A DNA stretch of 62,903 nucleotides, filler included, from Octopus bimaculoides (taxonomy: Eukaryota), in assembly GCF_001194135.2 (NCBI RefSeq). It is 5 parts of 4 records of this genome, joined end to end, with 100 filler letters (N's around TTAATTAATTAA, not from the genome) between each part and the next. Parts side by side here need not be neighbours in the genome. Positions count along the whole stretch, not along the records: positions 27,926 to 38,314 come from NC_068985.1; positions 38,415 to 53,580 come from NC_068992.1; 3 more parts are not named here. The stretch is one strand, 5' to 3'. Below, in pieces: positions 37,000 through 48,989 of this stretch. Numbering within the stretch: position 1 is the first letter of the stretch; each line of letters opens with the position of its first letter. The notes under the pieces were generated by a model. That model made no database searches and was not told the DNA's origin. It saw only the letters and a list, made by a program, of their open reading frames with translations. The translations under genes were made by a program, and so were the position numbers.

Positions 37000-38100
37000 T
37001 TTTTTTTCTGGAGTACAGGAATTCCTTCATAATCTTGACTGGCGTTTTTCGAAAAAAGTGAAGGATAAGTAAGTAGCTGAGAAAGGTAAATCTGGTTCCG
37101 AACCCAAGCTAGGTAGGTATCTAGCATTTCAAAGAAAGGTGCAAGGATATTTACAGGTAGAATGCGTTATAGTAGCAAGTGGGAAAAAAAAGAAGTAGGC
37201 ACTGTGATGGGGGTGTATAGAGTGTTGTAGCAGGGAATGGAACGAAAAAGTAGGTCCATCAGATCAGGAAGATGGAGGGGATGAGTGATCAGGATATGGA
37301 GGGAAATAGAAATGGTGAGTTAGGAGATCAGTGGCAGGGCTGGGATGGGTAGTGTTTTGAAAGGCAGTTGTTGTTGTTAATCGTTATGGATTGTATGGTT
37401 AAAGAACTAAGAAAGCGAATTTGAAATATTGAGGTAAGAGAAGGGACATGTGAAAGTGAACGAAGGGATCTAGTTATCGATGCCAGAAGGGTGACGAAAC
37501 TGGAACTTGAAGAGTGAATATGGGTTGACTGAGGAGGAAGAGTACTGAAATAATAAAACGGTTAGGAGAGTGAATGAAAAGGGAATTATAGAGAAGGAGA
37601 AATTGGGTAAATTGGTAGTGACGGCAAAGTTTAGATATTGCTAAGTGGTTTGTTTGAAAAAGAATTTAGGAGGAGATGGAGTGAGAATTAAAAGTATGAG
37701 GATTCGGTGTCGGCAAAGGGGAATGTGTTGGGTAAAAGGAATGTGCTAAGAAAGAGGAATATACAAAGGTAATCGTAAGAGAAATATATTATACAAGGGA
37801 TATGTTGGTAGCACAGATAGATTATAACTTAACGCTATATCGTAATTATGGAATTATATAGATTTAACATAATGCGCAGACGATGAGCAGAATTTGTATT
37901 GATATTCAAGGATGACATCTGAGAATCTATTAAGTAATGAAGGGTTGTGGTCTTGAAGGACAGCGAGCGATTCTCTTCAAAATAGTTTACAGACACCGAA
38001 GGTAGTGTTTTATAGTGTAGCCCTCACATGTAGCGGTGTAGGATAGGGTATACGGTATGTTATGTGATTGGTCATTAAACGGTCATTTTCATAGAATATG
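37000..38100 (-). mobile_element. Decayed L1/Tx1-type AP-endonuclease region
   Basis: Ordered minus-strand traces: (N)VRGL near 38020-38030, AVLQ(E)T near 37950-37965, PNRFIIS near 37550-37570 (cf. SRIDRF) and PDH near 37285-37295 (cf. SDH). Confidence 0.45.
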
Positions 38101-38414
38101 TTTGATGGCCTGATAGCTAAAGAAATGCTGGCGTGGTTTTCCATTCCAAAATCCGAAACTCAGAGTTTTATCGTGGCTACCGAATAATTGTCACATATTA
38201 TATTTCCAGATAAATTCCTCTATTTATATAACATCGAAGTCTCTTTCATTCTTTTGTTGTCTTGGTACAATTATTAATTACTAATTTATTAATAAATGAA
38301 AAATTATTTACCCTNNNNNNNNNNNNNNNNNNNNNNNNNNNNNNNNNNNNNNNNNNNNTTAATTAATTAANNNNNNNNNNNNNNNNNNNNNNNNNNNNNN
38401 NNNNNNNNNNNNNN

Positions 38415-38806
38415 CGGAGGTCTCAGCTCCAGCTGAAGAGAAAAGAAAAAGGAGGAAAAGAAAGAATGGGAGACGGTCGGTGGAAGTCACTGCGCCGCCG
38501 ACCGAACCCGAGGCCTCACCAGTGGGAAGTGTGCCCCCGGAGAGAACTCTGCCAGCCGGAATTGTGCCGATGACAGAGTGGCATGACGTCCCTCCCAGTG
38601 AGGATAATGATTATGTAATCATGTACCAGGGGGGAGGGGCGGTGAATGAATTCTTGGACCGCGCGTGCGGCCAAGATAGGAGCTACTCGGAATGTGCGAG
38701 TAGTTCCACATGGCCTCTGCAAGTGACTGCGGAGGTTATAAATGACAACATAATAACAAAAGTCATAGAAAAATTTACGTACAAAGATTTCCTCTACCAA
38801 GCCTAA
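38415..38806 (+). other. GC-richer open frame truncated by a gap; probably the end of a retroelement ORF1
   Basis: Open frame of about 130 codons starting at the gap edge (EVSAPAEEKRKRRKRKNGRR...KFTYKDFLYQA*). The K/R-rich segment resembles that in 57970-58010. No diagnostic domain seen. Confidence 0.3.
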
Positions 38807-39134
38807 CAATATGCATTTGTTTGGCAGGGGTAGCATATCTGCTTGCCGAGGGGTGGAATGAGGAAAATTATGATATTTTTAATTGTTAATATATTGAAAT
38901 TGTTAATATATTGAAATTGGGTAAAAATTGTAATTTTAAAAGGAAAGAAAAAAAAACAATGTTTTCGACGGGTTATCAGTCAGTGGGCGCTAGTGCCTCT
39001 CTCATTATTTGTTTCATCCTTATCACCCTCATCTCATTAATGTCCATGTCCAGCCCTCAGCTACTTTATGTCTGTCTGTCTTTGTCTGTCCCCTTTATGT
39101 AACGCCGTTAATGGCGAAATTTATTGAAATAAAG

Positions 39135-39310
39135 TAGCATGCTTACTAACCACATGCCTCCGGGTTCAATGCCACTGCCTGGCCCTTTAGGCAAGTGTCT
39201 TCTACTATTGCCTCAGGCCGAGCAAAGCCTTGTGAATGGATTTGGTAGACAGTAACTGAAAAAAGCCCGCCATATATATACATATGTGTGTTTGTGTTTG
39301 TGTGTGTGTG
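39135..39310 (+). mobile_element. tRNA-derived SINE (family B) 5' half
   Basis: aaccacatgcctccgggttcaatgccactg (B-box-like), ggcaagtgtcttctactat, aaagccttgtgaatggatttggtagac. Confidence 0.8.
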
Positions 39311-39770
39311 TGTGTGGACAACAAATAGATGTATTAGTTTAACGCTCGGGAAGTGAAAAAGCCTTTAACGTTTCGAGCCTACTCTCTTCCACAGAAAAGA
39401 ACACAAAAAGAAACAAGGAGAGAACATAAAGAATGTGGTGTGGCTAGCGATCTATCATGGCGAATGCCGGACAGAGGGGTCACATAGGAGAGCTAGAAAG
39501 AAGGGGAGATAATAAAGTAGTGGTGATCCCAAAACGAATTGCGTGTGCATGTGTATAAGAGAGCATGTAAGTGCGTGTGGAAGAGGGCTGGTGTTCTTGA
39601 CGTGTGCATGTGTGGTCAATGCTAGTGTGAGCGTGGTAATGTGATGTGATGTGATGTGATGTGATGTGGTGCTATGTGGTAGGGTGGTGTATCGTGTGGT
39701 GGTGTTGGTGTGTGGGTGAGGCGAGAGTGAGGAAAGCAAGGGTAGGGTGTGGGTTAGGCTGAGGGGAGGT

Positions 39771-39825
<55 letters not shown>

Positions 39826-39844
39826 TAGACACACACACGACATG

Positions 39845-39995
39845 CTTCTATCAGTTTCCTTCTCCCAAATCCATACTCAACGTCTTGGTCGACACGGGGA
39901 CTCTGCTGAATGACCCTTCGCCAAGGTGCCTCGCAGTGGTAATTAACCCTTGACCATATGGTTGGGAAGCAATCTTTTCACACAGATGCCACACA
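39845..39995 (-). mobile_element. tRNA-derived SINE (family B), opposite orientation
   Basis: cagtttcc..ccaaatccatactcaac...ccaaggtgcctcgcagtgg..ccatatggttgggaagc is reverse-complementary to 39135-39270. Confidence 0.75.
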
Positions 39996-40664
39996 GCTAC
40001 GCCTAAAAATGTTATCTTTATGTAAATATCATCATAAAAGTTTGGGCATATTGACCGATTTCTAAGAATTGTTTTCTTTGTTGAATGCATACGGGGAAAG
40101 TCAGTTACGTTATCTGAAAAAAAATGATTTCGTTGTCTGAAATGTGTTTATACGGTCACCATTCTTATACAAACAATGTGAAATGTTTTTTTAGATTTTC
40201 CCTTCTTATAGCTTTCTGAATCTACAAAGAATATTAGAGGTAATTCATTATTCAGTAAGTGTATCGCAATTGAACTCAAAATCAATTGACCCACAGCAGG
40301 GAAGGACAACATAACATTTCAGAATGATGTGAATGATAACAAACTTTTAGAAAACGAAGAAAATTCTCAGATATTTTCGGAAATTCTTGTGTGTCTGCTT
40401 TGTTTATCAGTCTGTAGAAATGGCTGTACGATTGTATATATACGTGTAAGCATTTATCAGTATATGTATATATATGTATAGATGGTTGTGTGTACGAAAG
40501 TAATTATACGTGAATGTATGTGTGTATGCGTGCACGTATGTAAGTAGGCATGTATGCGTGTGGGTATCCATCTCTGTATTCAAGCATATGTATATATATG
40601 TATGTGTGTGCATTTATGTATATATATATATGTATATATATATATATGTATATATATAAAAACA

Positions 40665-40870
40665 AATAGTAAATGAGTATATGCATATATACGTACAGGT
40701 ATGTGCATACCGACATCCACCTGTATGTATAGGTGCATATCTGGGTACAGGACATTGCAAACAAACGTAGACGAGAACACACGAGCCACATAGAGAACAT
40801 TCTCCTTCATCAGCCACCCACGTTTTAACACCGCCGTTTCGCCGAGCTTGGGCAGGACGCATCGTTAAAA
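40665..40870. repeat. Dispersed repeat present three times (also 41945-42140 same strand; 53917-54095 opposite strand)
   Basis: Shared atgagtatatgcatatatacgtac...gcatatctgggtacaggac...gccacatagagaacatt..ccttcatcagc. Confidence 0.85.
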
Positions 40871-41515
40871 CGGCTCGTCCCATGGATCGCAGATTAAATT
40901 TGTATACGCAAATTAAATCTAGCCATGGAGGAATGTAGTGGCNNNNNNNNNNNNNNNNNNNNNNNNNNNNNNNNNNNNNNNNNNNNNNNNNNNNNNNNNN
41001 NNNNNNNNNNNNNNNNNNNNNNNNNNNNNNNNNNNNNNNNNNNNNNNNNNNNNNNNNNNNNNNNNNNNNNNNNNNNNNNNNNNNNNNNNNNNNNNNNNTA
41101 TATATATATATATATATATGCTGTTTATCGATGCTGCAAAAGCAGCACGAAGAACTGCTACTCAGAGCTCCACATTCCCGTTCATCAGACAGTTTAGATC
41201 AAGACTCGATCAGAACTGACCGGCGAACGGGAATGTGAGACTCAACGTAGCACCCTATTTGTGATGTTTTTGGAACTTTAATTACAATGCATATTACTCT
41301 ACTTTCGGTATTCGAGCACTAGTTTTTCCACTTTGTCTTGCATTTATATACTGATTCGTGTGTATGAATATATATAATGAGAGAATTATAGGTAAATAGA
41401 TACAGATGGATAGATGGATGGATAGTTAGATAGATAGATAGATCGATACATATATACACACATGCATATATACGTATATACATAGATAGAATACACATAT
41501 GTACAGGCATATATA

Positions 41516-41551
<36 letters not shown>

Positions 41552-43286
41552 NNNNNNNNNNNNNNNNNNNNNNNNNNNNNNNNNNNNNNNNNNNNNNNNN
41601 NNNNNNNNNNNNNNNNNNNNNNNNNNNNNNNNNNNNNNNNNNNNNNNNNNNNNNNNNNNNNNNNNNNNNNNNNNNNNNNNNNNNNNNNNNNNNNNNNNNN
41701 NNNNNNNNNNNNNNNNNNNNNNNNNNNNNNNNNNNNNNNNNNNNNNNNNNNNNNNNNNNNNNNNNNNNNNNNNNNNNNNNNNNNNNNNNNNNNNNNNNNN
41801 NNNNNNNNNNNNNNNNNNNNNNNNNNNNNNNNNNNNNNNNNNNNNNNNNNNNNNNNNNNNNNNNNNNNNNNNNNNNNNNNNNNNNNNNNNNNNNNNNNNN
41901 NNNNNNNNNNNNNNNNNNNNATATATATATATATATATATATATATAATAAATGAGTATATGCATATATACGTACATGTATGTACATACCTACATCTACC
42001 TGTATATATAGATGCATATCTGGGTACAGGACGTTGCAAACAAAACGAAGACAAATGATAAACAGAACACAGAAAACACACAGGCCACATAGAGAACATT
42101 TCCTTCATCAGCTACCTCCATTCTAACACTGGCGCTTCGAAGAGTGTAATACAAAACATGACATAACACAATTTGTGACGTAGCATATTGCTTCTATTGA
42201 TCTAAATCAATAAACCACGATTATGCATTAAGAAAGAAGTAGATTCCGTTACGTCAGTTGTTCACAAAGTGAACAGTATCGCCCCCACCCCCACCCGCAC
42301 ACCTGGGGACGGTGGAAATTTCCAAGAGGGCATTGAAGAAAAGTGGGGGGGATAATGGAACAGTAATTCATGTAAAAACTGAGGCAATAAAGGAGTAGCG
42401 ATTCATACAAAAGCAACAAAATAATAGGCTAAATTTCATTTGTTAAATACAGTTGCTTTCAGTTTGCTTCAGAAAGGGGTCTGGTTAGTTGGGGTGGGGG
42501 TGCTAGGAATGTGGCTTGGGCAGCCCAAAGATGTTTGGGAACCACTGCGTTACGTCTACGAAATAATTCCTAAATCGAACAAAATTGTTATCCTTGTCAA
42601 TATATCTACGTCTTATTTCGATTATCTCTAATTCTATGGTTAAGTATCCGAAATTTGCAATNNNNNNNNNNNNNNNNNNNNNNNNNNNNNNNNNNNNNNN
42701 NNNNNNNNNNNNNNNNNNNNNNNNNNNNNNNNNNNNNNNNNNNNNNNNNNNNNNNNNNNNNNNNNNNNNNNNNNNNNNNNNNNNNNNNNNNNNNNNNNNN
42801 NNNNNNNNNNNNNNNNNNNNNNNNNNNNNNNNNNNNNNNNNNNNNNNNNNNNNNNNNNNNNNNNNNNNNNNNNNNNNNNNNNNNNNNNNNNNNNNNNNNN
42901 NNNNNNNNNNNNNNNNNNNNNNNNNNNNNNNNNNNNNNNNNNNNNNNNNNNNNNNNNNNNNNNNNNNNNNNNNNNNNNNNNNNNNNNNNNNNNNNNNNNN
43001 NNNNNNNNNNNNNNNNNNNNNNNNNNNNNNNNNNNNNNNNNNNNNNNNNNNNNNNNNNNNNNNNNNNNNNNNNNNNNNNNNNNNNNNNNNNNNNNNNNNN
43101 NNNNNNNNNNNNNNNNNNNNNNNNNNNNNNNNNNNNNNNNNNNNNNNNNNNNNNNNNNNNNNNNNNNNNNNNNNNNNNNNNNNNNNNNNNNNNNNNNNNN
43201 NNNNNNNNNNNNNNNNNNNNNNNNNNNNNNNNNNNNNNNNNNNNNNNNNNNNNNNNNNNNNNNNNNNNNNNNNNNNNNNNNNNNNN

Positions 43287-43332
<46 letters not shown>

Positions 43333-44308
43333 TTCGCGTACGTAGCAATTGCGCATAATGATTGAGACTAATAAATAGAAACCGACTGAAATATGTTTTC
43401 TTTTGTTTGCATTGACGTAATATCTTTATGAAGTACGAAGTTGGAATGTTGCGAAGTGGCATATGATGTATTCATATTGTTATAGTCATGATACATACAC
43501 CATCGTCTAGTTATGTAAGAAACACTAATTGGATTTTAGGTTTGAATGCACAGAATTTGTCTTTCCATGAAAATGGGAATGGAGACGCAACGACGCTCAG
43601 TACATGTGTACTAATCCAATAATCGGCAGACTAAGGCCATCATTTTTTACAGAATATTATCTGCTTTGTGTTATGGTGTAATGTTAGAAAATATCAGCCT
43701 CGCTAAAGGTGTGGTTTAGCGAGAACACTAAATCTGATCTGAAGTAACAACGAAATGCGTCATATTTGATGTGATATTTACGGAAAAACACACAACCTGA
43801 CCGAATGCTTGCAACATAGTCGTGTCCAATAAAGAAGTCGCGTAGTAGGTAGGCAGTGGTGGTAAAGCAAGAAATAAAAGTAAGTTTAAGAATAAGTGCA
43901 TCAACTGTACAGATTCGCTACAGTTACTCTCAAAAAGATGTTCCTTCAATTCTTTAGTCGAGTCGGTTTTTCGATGTCACCTGATCAAGATTCTTTTCAC
44001 AGAGATCAAAACCAGTACGGCAAAATTGCCTAGATTTCGTTAAATTTTTAACAACACACCTGTGTTTGCGCTCCTTCTAGATGCATGGTTATTTCTGTTC
44101 AATGTTTATACAAGGCAGCAACGTTCAGATCTGAAACGCGCCAGGCAATGATTGGATGAAGGTTGTTTGTATTATCAATGGTCATCGAACTTCCCGTTTG
44201 TTGAACTCTGTTGAATACTTACAACTCTCCCCGCGATTACCAGTTACTTTCAGCTTATATATACATATATGTGTGTGTGTGTGCCTTCTGTGTATGTGTG
44301 TGTATGGG

Positions 44309-44395
<87 letters not shown>

Positions 44396-44899
44396 ATCTA
44401 CCCAATCGAAACCCGATCGCTGTCTTATCTTTTCTTTCTGTCGAACACTCGGTCAAATATAATTGTTTACTTGGCTGTCTAATTACTTTATTAAATTCAT
44501 TCTCCCAATTGACACAGAAACACTATATCTCTCTAACTCACTCTTTCAACCACAGTTTTCTTCTAAATTCGCTTCTGATATTTTTCCAACTGTATATTAG
44601 CAACATTACTTCTACTCAATTATTTCCTATTCCCCAGAGAGGTTACTTTCAGACGTGTATCAACACCGGCCACATTTTTTGCCTTCCGAATATATAATGA
44701 AATATTAGTCAATGTCGACATGGCAACTCACGAAGCGCCCCATTATGTCTATATAAGTTAGGCAGTTGTATTAGCAATTGATATAAAGGAAAAAGGATCT
44801 CCACCGATTTCGATTATGAGTGTTGCAATTGTTCGGTAAAATTAACCGCATGTCATTAAATCAGCGTGTCGGTGGCTGAATATTCCATGGGAAGTGTAA

Positions 44900-45180
44900 C
44901 TAGGTAACAGGCCATCCGGTAGTTATGACTTGATCCGAACAATGGAACAGCCTGTGTTGAATTAACTTGCAAGTGGCTGAACGCTCCGCAGACACGCGTA
45001 AGCTTTATTTAGTTCTCAGGGATATTCAGCCTGACACAGAATGTGACAAGACTGGCCCTAGCTAAGTGGACTGGAGCAACGTGAAATAAAGTGTCTTGAT
45101 CGAGGAAAAAACGCGCCCCCGGGAAACATTCACGGCCGTGCGAGCCAAATACCGTAACCACTATGGCGCGCGCCTTCACT
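44900..45180 (-). mobile_element. SINE with a different tRNA/CORE-like head but the family A 3' body
   Basis: Reverse complement of about 44930-45060 matches 21878-21990. The 5' part (gaaggcgcgcgccatagtggtta...caagacactttatttcacgttgctccagtccac) differs from the family A head. Confidence 0.75.
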
Positions 45181-46226
45181 GGCAACTGCACCTACAACTT
45201 TAAAATCTCAGACATAATCAGTGTGACTGTGCGTAACAAAGATGATACTTTGAGTTTCTAGAAAAACCCAGACTGTTTCCGTTCCGCACACCCAGTTTTA
45301 GCAAGATTGAATGGATCGTGCCGAGGCTAGAATAAAAGATGCTGACCTAAACGACATGCTTTTGGTTCAATCCTGGGACCTCATAGTTACAAAGAAAACT
45401 CCATAACCATCTCTTATAATTTTCGGCTGTACTTCCGATCAGCAGTTGAGATACAAATTCGGGGTATAGCATACGATGACTGATACAGATACGAAAGCAA
45501 CGCTTGCAAAGTTAATTAGAGACATTTGCAGTTGGACAAGCTGGAAGCAATATAATTTCCACGCTTCATCAATAAACCCTAACGCCTCCTCTTAGAAATT
45601 AATCAATATGCATTCGCTAATAACCCACTGTTCATTTAGTGCTCTTCACCATTACCTCTGACGTTCTGGAGTTATGTCTTCTGGGCACAAAGAGTAAGAC
45701 ATGAACAGAGATAACTGTACAAATAAAATTCGATATCAACATAAATTAATGAAATTATAACACACAAAACAAAGGTTAAAAAGGTTACGCAATAATAATG
45801 GTATGCTATACTGTAGAAAATTATCATCTCCCGAGGAAATGAAATATGAAAGGTCTTGGATCTTCATCTAATTGCAGAATTTGCAGTACTGGTTGCTCAG
45901 TCAAATAACTGGTATTAAAATGAGTTGGCGTTCATCATCTCAAAGCAATGTTTCACTTTAAATGCATTCAAAATTAATTTGATTGAACTTACGAAAGATA
46001 TGTAGTGTCTGCTCATAGAATTACTTCTAGACGTCTTGTATAAATAGCGAACTGAAAATACAGCATACTTAAAGTAAAATAAATCATACGGAAGTTTGTC
46101 AATATTAATGATAATAATGTTGACTGTCCAATGCATTTACGAAAATAGGAGCACACAATGAGTAATGAGTACTTTTAATATTAATGTATAGTGCATTTCA
46201 ACCGGATGAGATTGCACACACTCACA

Positions 46227-46276
<50 letters not shown>

Positions 46277-46723
46277 AACATACATACACATATATACATA
46301 TACATATATATGGATGTATATATATGGATAATATNNNNNNNNNNNNNNNNNNNNNNNNNNNNNNNNNNNNNNNNNNNNNNNNNNNNNNNNNNNNNNNNNN
46401 NNNNNNNNNNNNNNNNNNNNNNNNNNNNNNNNNNNNNNNNNNNNNNNNNNNNNNNNNNNNNNNNNNNNNNNNNNNNNNNNNNNNNNNNNNNNNNNNNNNN
46501 NNNNNNNNNNNNNNNNNNNNNNNNNNNNNNNNNNNNNNNNNNNNNNNNNNNNNNNNNNNNNNNNNNNNNNNNNNNNNNNNNNNNNNNNNNNNNNNNNNNN
46601 NNNNNNNNNNNNNNNNNNNNNNNNNNNNNNNNNNNNNNNNNNNNNNNNNNNNNNNNNNNNNNNNNNNNNNNNNNNNNNNNNNNNNNNNNNNNNNNNNNNN
46701 NNNNNNNNNNNNNNNNNNNNNNN

Positions 46724-46795
<72 letters not shown>

Positions 46796-48989
46796 CATTT
46801 CGTAGATATAATGAAGACATATTTTTTTTGGTGCAAAGCGATTAACGGATGAGCTTCGTAAAATAGATTATAATTACAAGCCAGACCGATAGTATATTCA
46901 ATGATATAAAAGTGCAAATGATATAATTTTTCGCTTGAAAATATATCGAAGCAAGATATTGAAACAGATAAATCTATATATAATATTGCCGCAACTTTGT
47001 TGTTTGCAAAGGTTGTGATATTGTGTTGAACAAAAATCTGTGATATCAGTTAGGCTATATCTCTAGATATTATGAATTCCCGAATTTAGCCTGATGTGAG
47101 CTTTGTTTATTAGATTTGAAAGGAAATTACAAGATTATATCTTGATGTAGCATTATTATGAAGAAAATTTGCCATGTTTAGCGGATGTAGGATGCTCACG
47201 TAACACACACAGGCTATACGCTCCTGATATATTTTATCTCCGAACACATTAAATTAAGAGATCGACTCGCTGGCTGCTGCATTGTCGTGTCAGATTTGGG
47301 TAACGATTTAGCAGAGTCATTAGAACTTACTACAAAATGCTTGCTAATTTTGTTCACAATCGCTGAGCTCTAACTTGAAATTTGACAGGAATGTTAAACC
47401 TCAATAGTGGCCTTGAGGAAGATTTTTTTTTTAATATGTAGATAACTGGCAGTTGCTTCTCAACGCTACAGACGTTGATCAAGAGAAGCGTCAATGTAAT
47501 TTGACGCCAGTGTCGTTGTAGTAACTGTCTTCACTCGAAAGGTTGAGAACAAACACCACATGATAACACATAAATCCGCATCATTTTATATAGTGTTATG
47601 TATCATTGATGTTAAAGACTATAGGGTGTGATGTCATAAGAGGCGATGCTATTCTTTTCCAAGTTCAGGAAACAATTTAGAAGCGACAAAGAACAGCGAC
47701 AGATATGAGGTTTAAAATGAATGTCTCGAAGATAAATTAGAGTTATAAAATTACATTTCTACTAATGTTTTCCGATTAGCTGAATCTTGAGAAATCTGAG
47801 AAAGAGTCGGATAGAATATCGTGGATTATTTGTTCTCTTTGCGTCCTAAGTTCAAATTCAACCGGAATCAATATTACCATTCATCAGTTTGGGGTCGATA
47901 ATTAAATTTCAAGCAAGAGAATAGTGGAGATAGTTAGAATTTGGATAAAATTTTATCTACTAATTCTGCCTCTTGGTTTTCTCAGATCTCTTATTCTAGA
48001 ATAATACTGGAAAGACACTCTATATAGAAATGCGTATTCTGACACGTAAATAGTTGAACTAAGTAATGTTAGTCTATCTAGCTCACCCCTTAACTGGGTC
48101 AGTAGTTTTAACCTTCTAAACTCTGCCGCAGTAGAAGCTCCTGTATTATTCACATCTTAGCGAATCATTATAGAATCAGGACCCTGTATCAACAGCATTT
48201 AGATTCAAACGTCTCTACATATATTTCCTCGCCGCTGGTTTTCCGTTTCCTGATGGCTGGAAAATTAATAATGCCGTTACGTCTAATCTTTGCTAGTGGC
48301 TTTTATATCTGCCTGTAAACAGTGACACTGTGGCTGACTTCTGTTCAAGAAGACACTGTGGCTGACTTCTGGTCAAGAAGAGTTCAGAAGTAGGAGATTG
48401 AAAATACTTTGAAATGGAGGTCAGAGCAAATAGGGACAGAAGAGCAACATCAAAACTGTCAAATAGTTTAACAATGCCTGTAGGTGTAAGAAACGACCTA
48501 CATCTAAGGTCAAGCTGATGGTGTTAAACCGCAGGACGGACTGTACTTAGCACCCAAGAAGCGATTTTGTCTATCTGATGTGCTTATTGTAATATCCATG
48601 TTCCCAGTTTACTCAGCATTGTGAAAGAAGGCAATAGCCCCAGGTCTTACGAAATGAATTCGAACTGAGACTCATCAATTGAAAGTTAAATTCATAACGG
48701 TAGAATCGTCTCGTTTTTTTTTTGTTTATTTTTTGTTGTTTGTAAGTTTAGAATAATGTTAACCTGTTTATGTTAATTCTAAATCTAGAATATAAAGATA
48801 TATTTCTTGAAGTAGTTTAAAGCAAGAAAGACGTGATAATATAATCGTAAAATTTTTAAGACTTTAAATTCGAAACGCATTCTATAATATTTATTTAAAA
48901 TGGCCGCTAATCCTCCTGCAATATTAATGTATAATGTGCATTTTAACGAGTATAAAAATTATATTTATTTGCGAGATTATTATAAATAT

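Noticed and set aside
42098-42116. Minus-strand CTGATGA-AG-GAAA (related copy near 40800-40815) as a hammerhead
   Set aside because: Only 2 nt separate the core motifs, so stem II cannot form, and I found no stem III/cleavage triplet geometry.
42533-42547. hAT-like terminal sequence (reverse complement CAGTGGTTCCCAAAC)
   Set aside because: No partner terminus or 8-bp TSD found, so an element cannot be delimited.
43699-43723. 9-bp stem hairpin ctcgctaaa-ggtgtgg-tttagcgag
   Set aside because: Isolated short hairpin without supporting context; expected by chance in 63 kb.
48324-48379. 28-bp tandem duplication (similar small ones at about 30143-30182, 38881-38918 and 59525-59560)
   Set aside because: Two or three adjacent units without spacers: ordinary slippage, not a CRISPR-like array.
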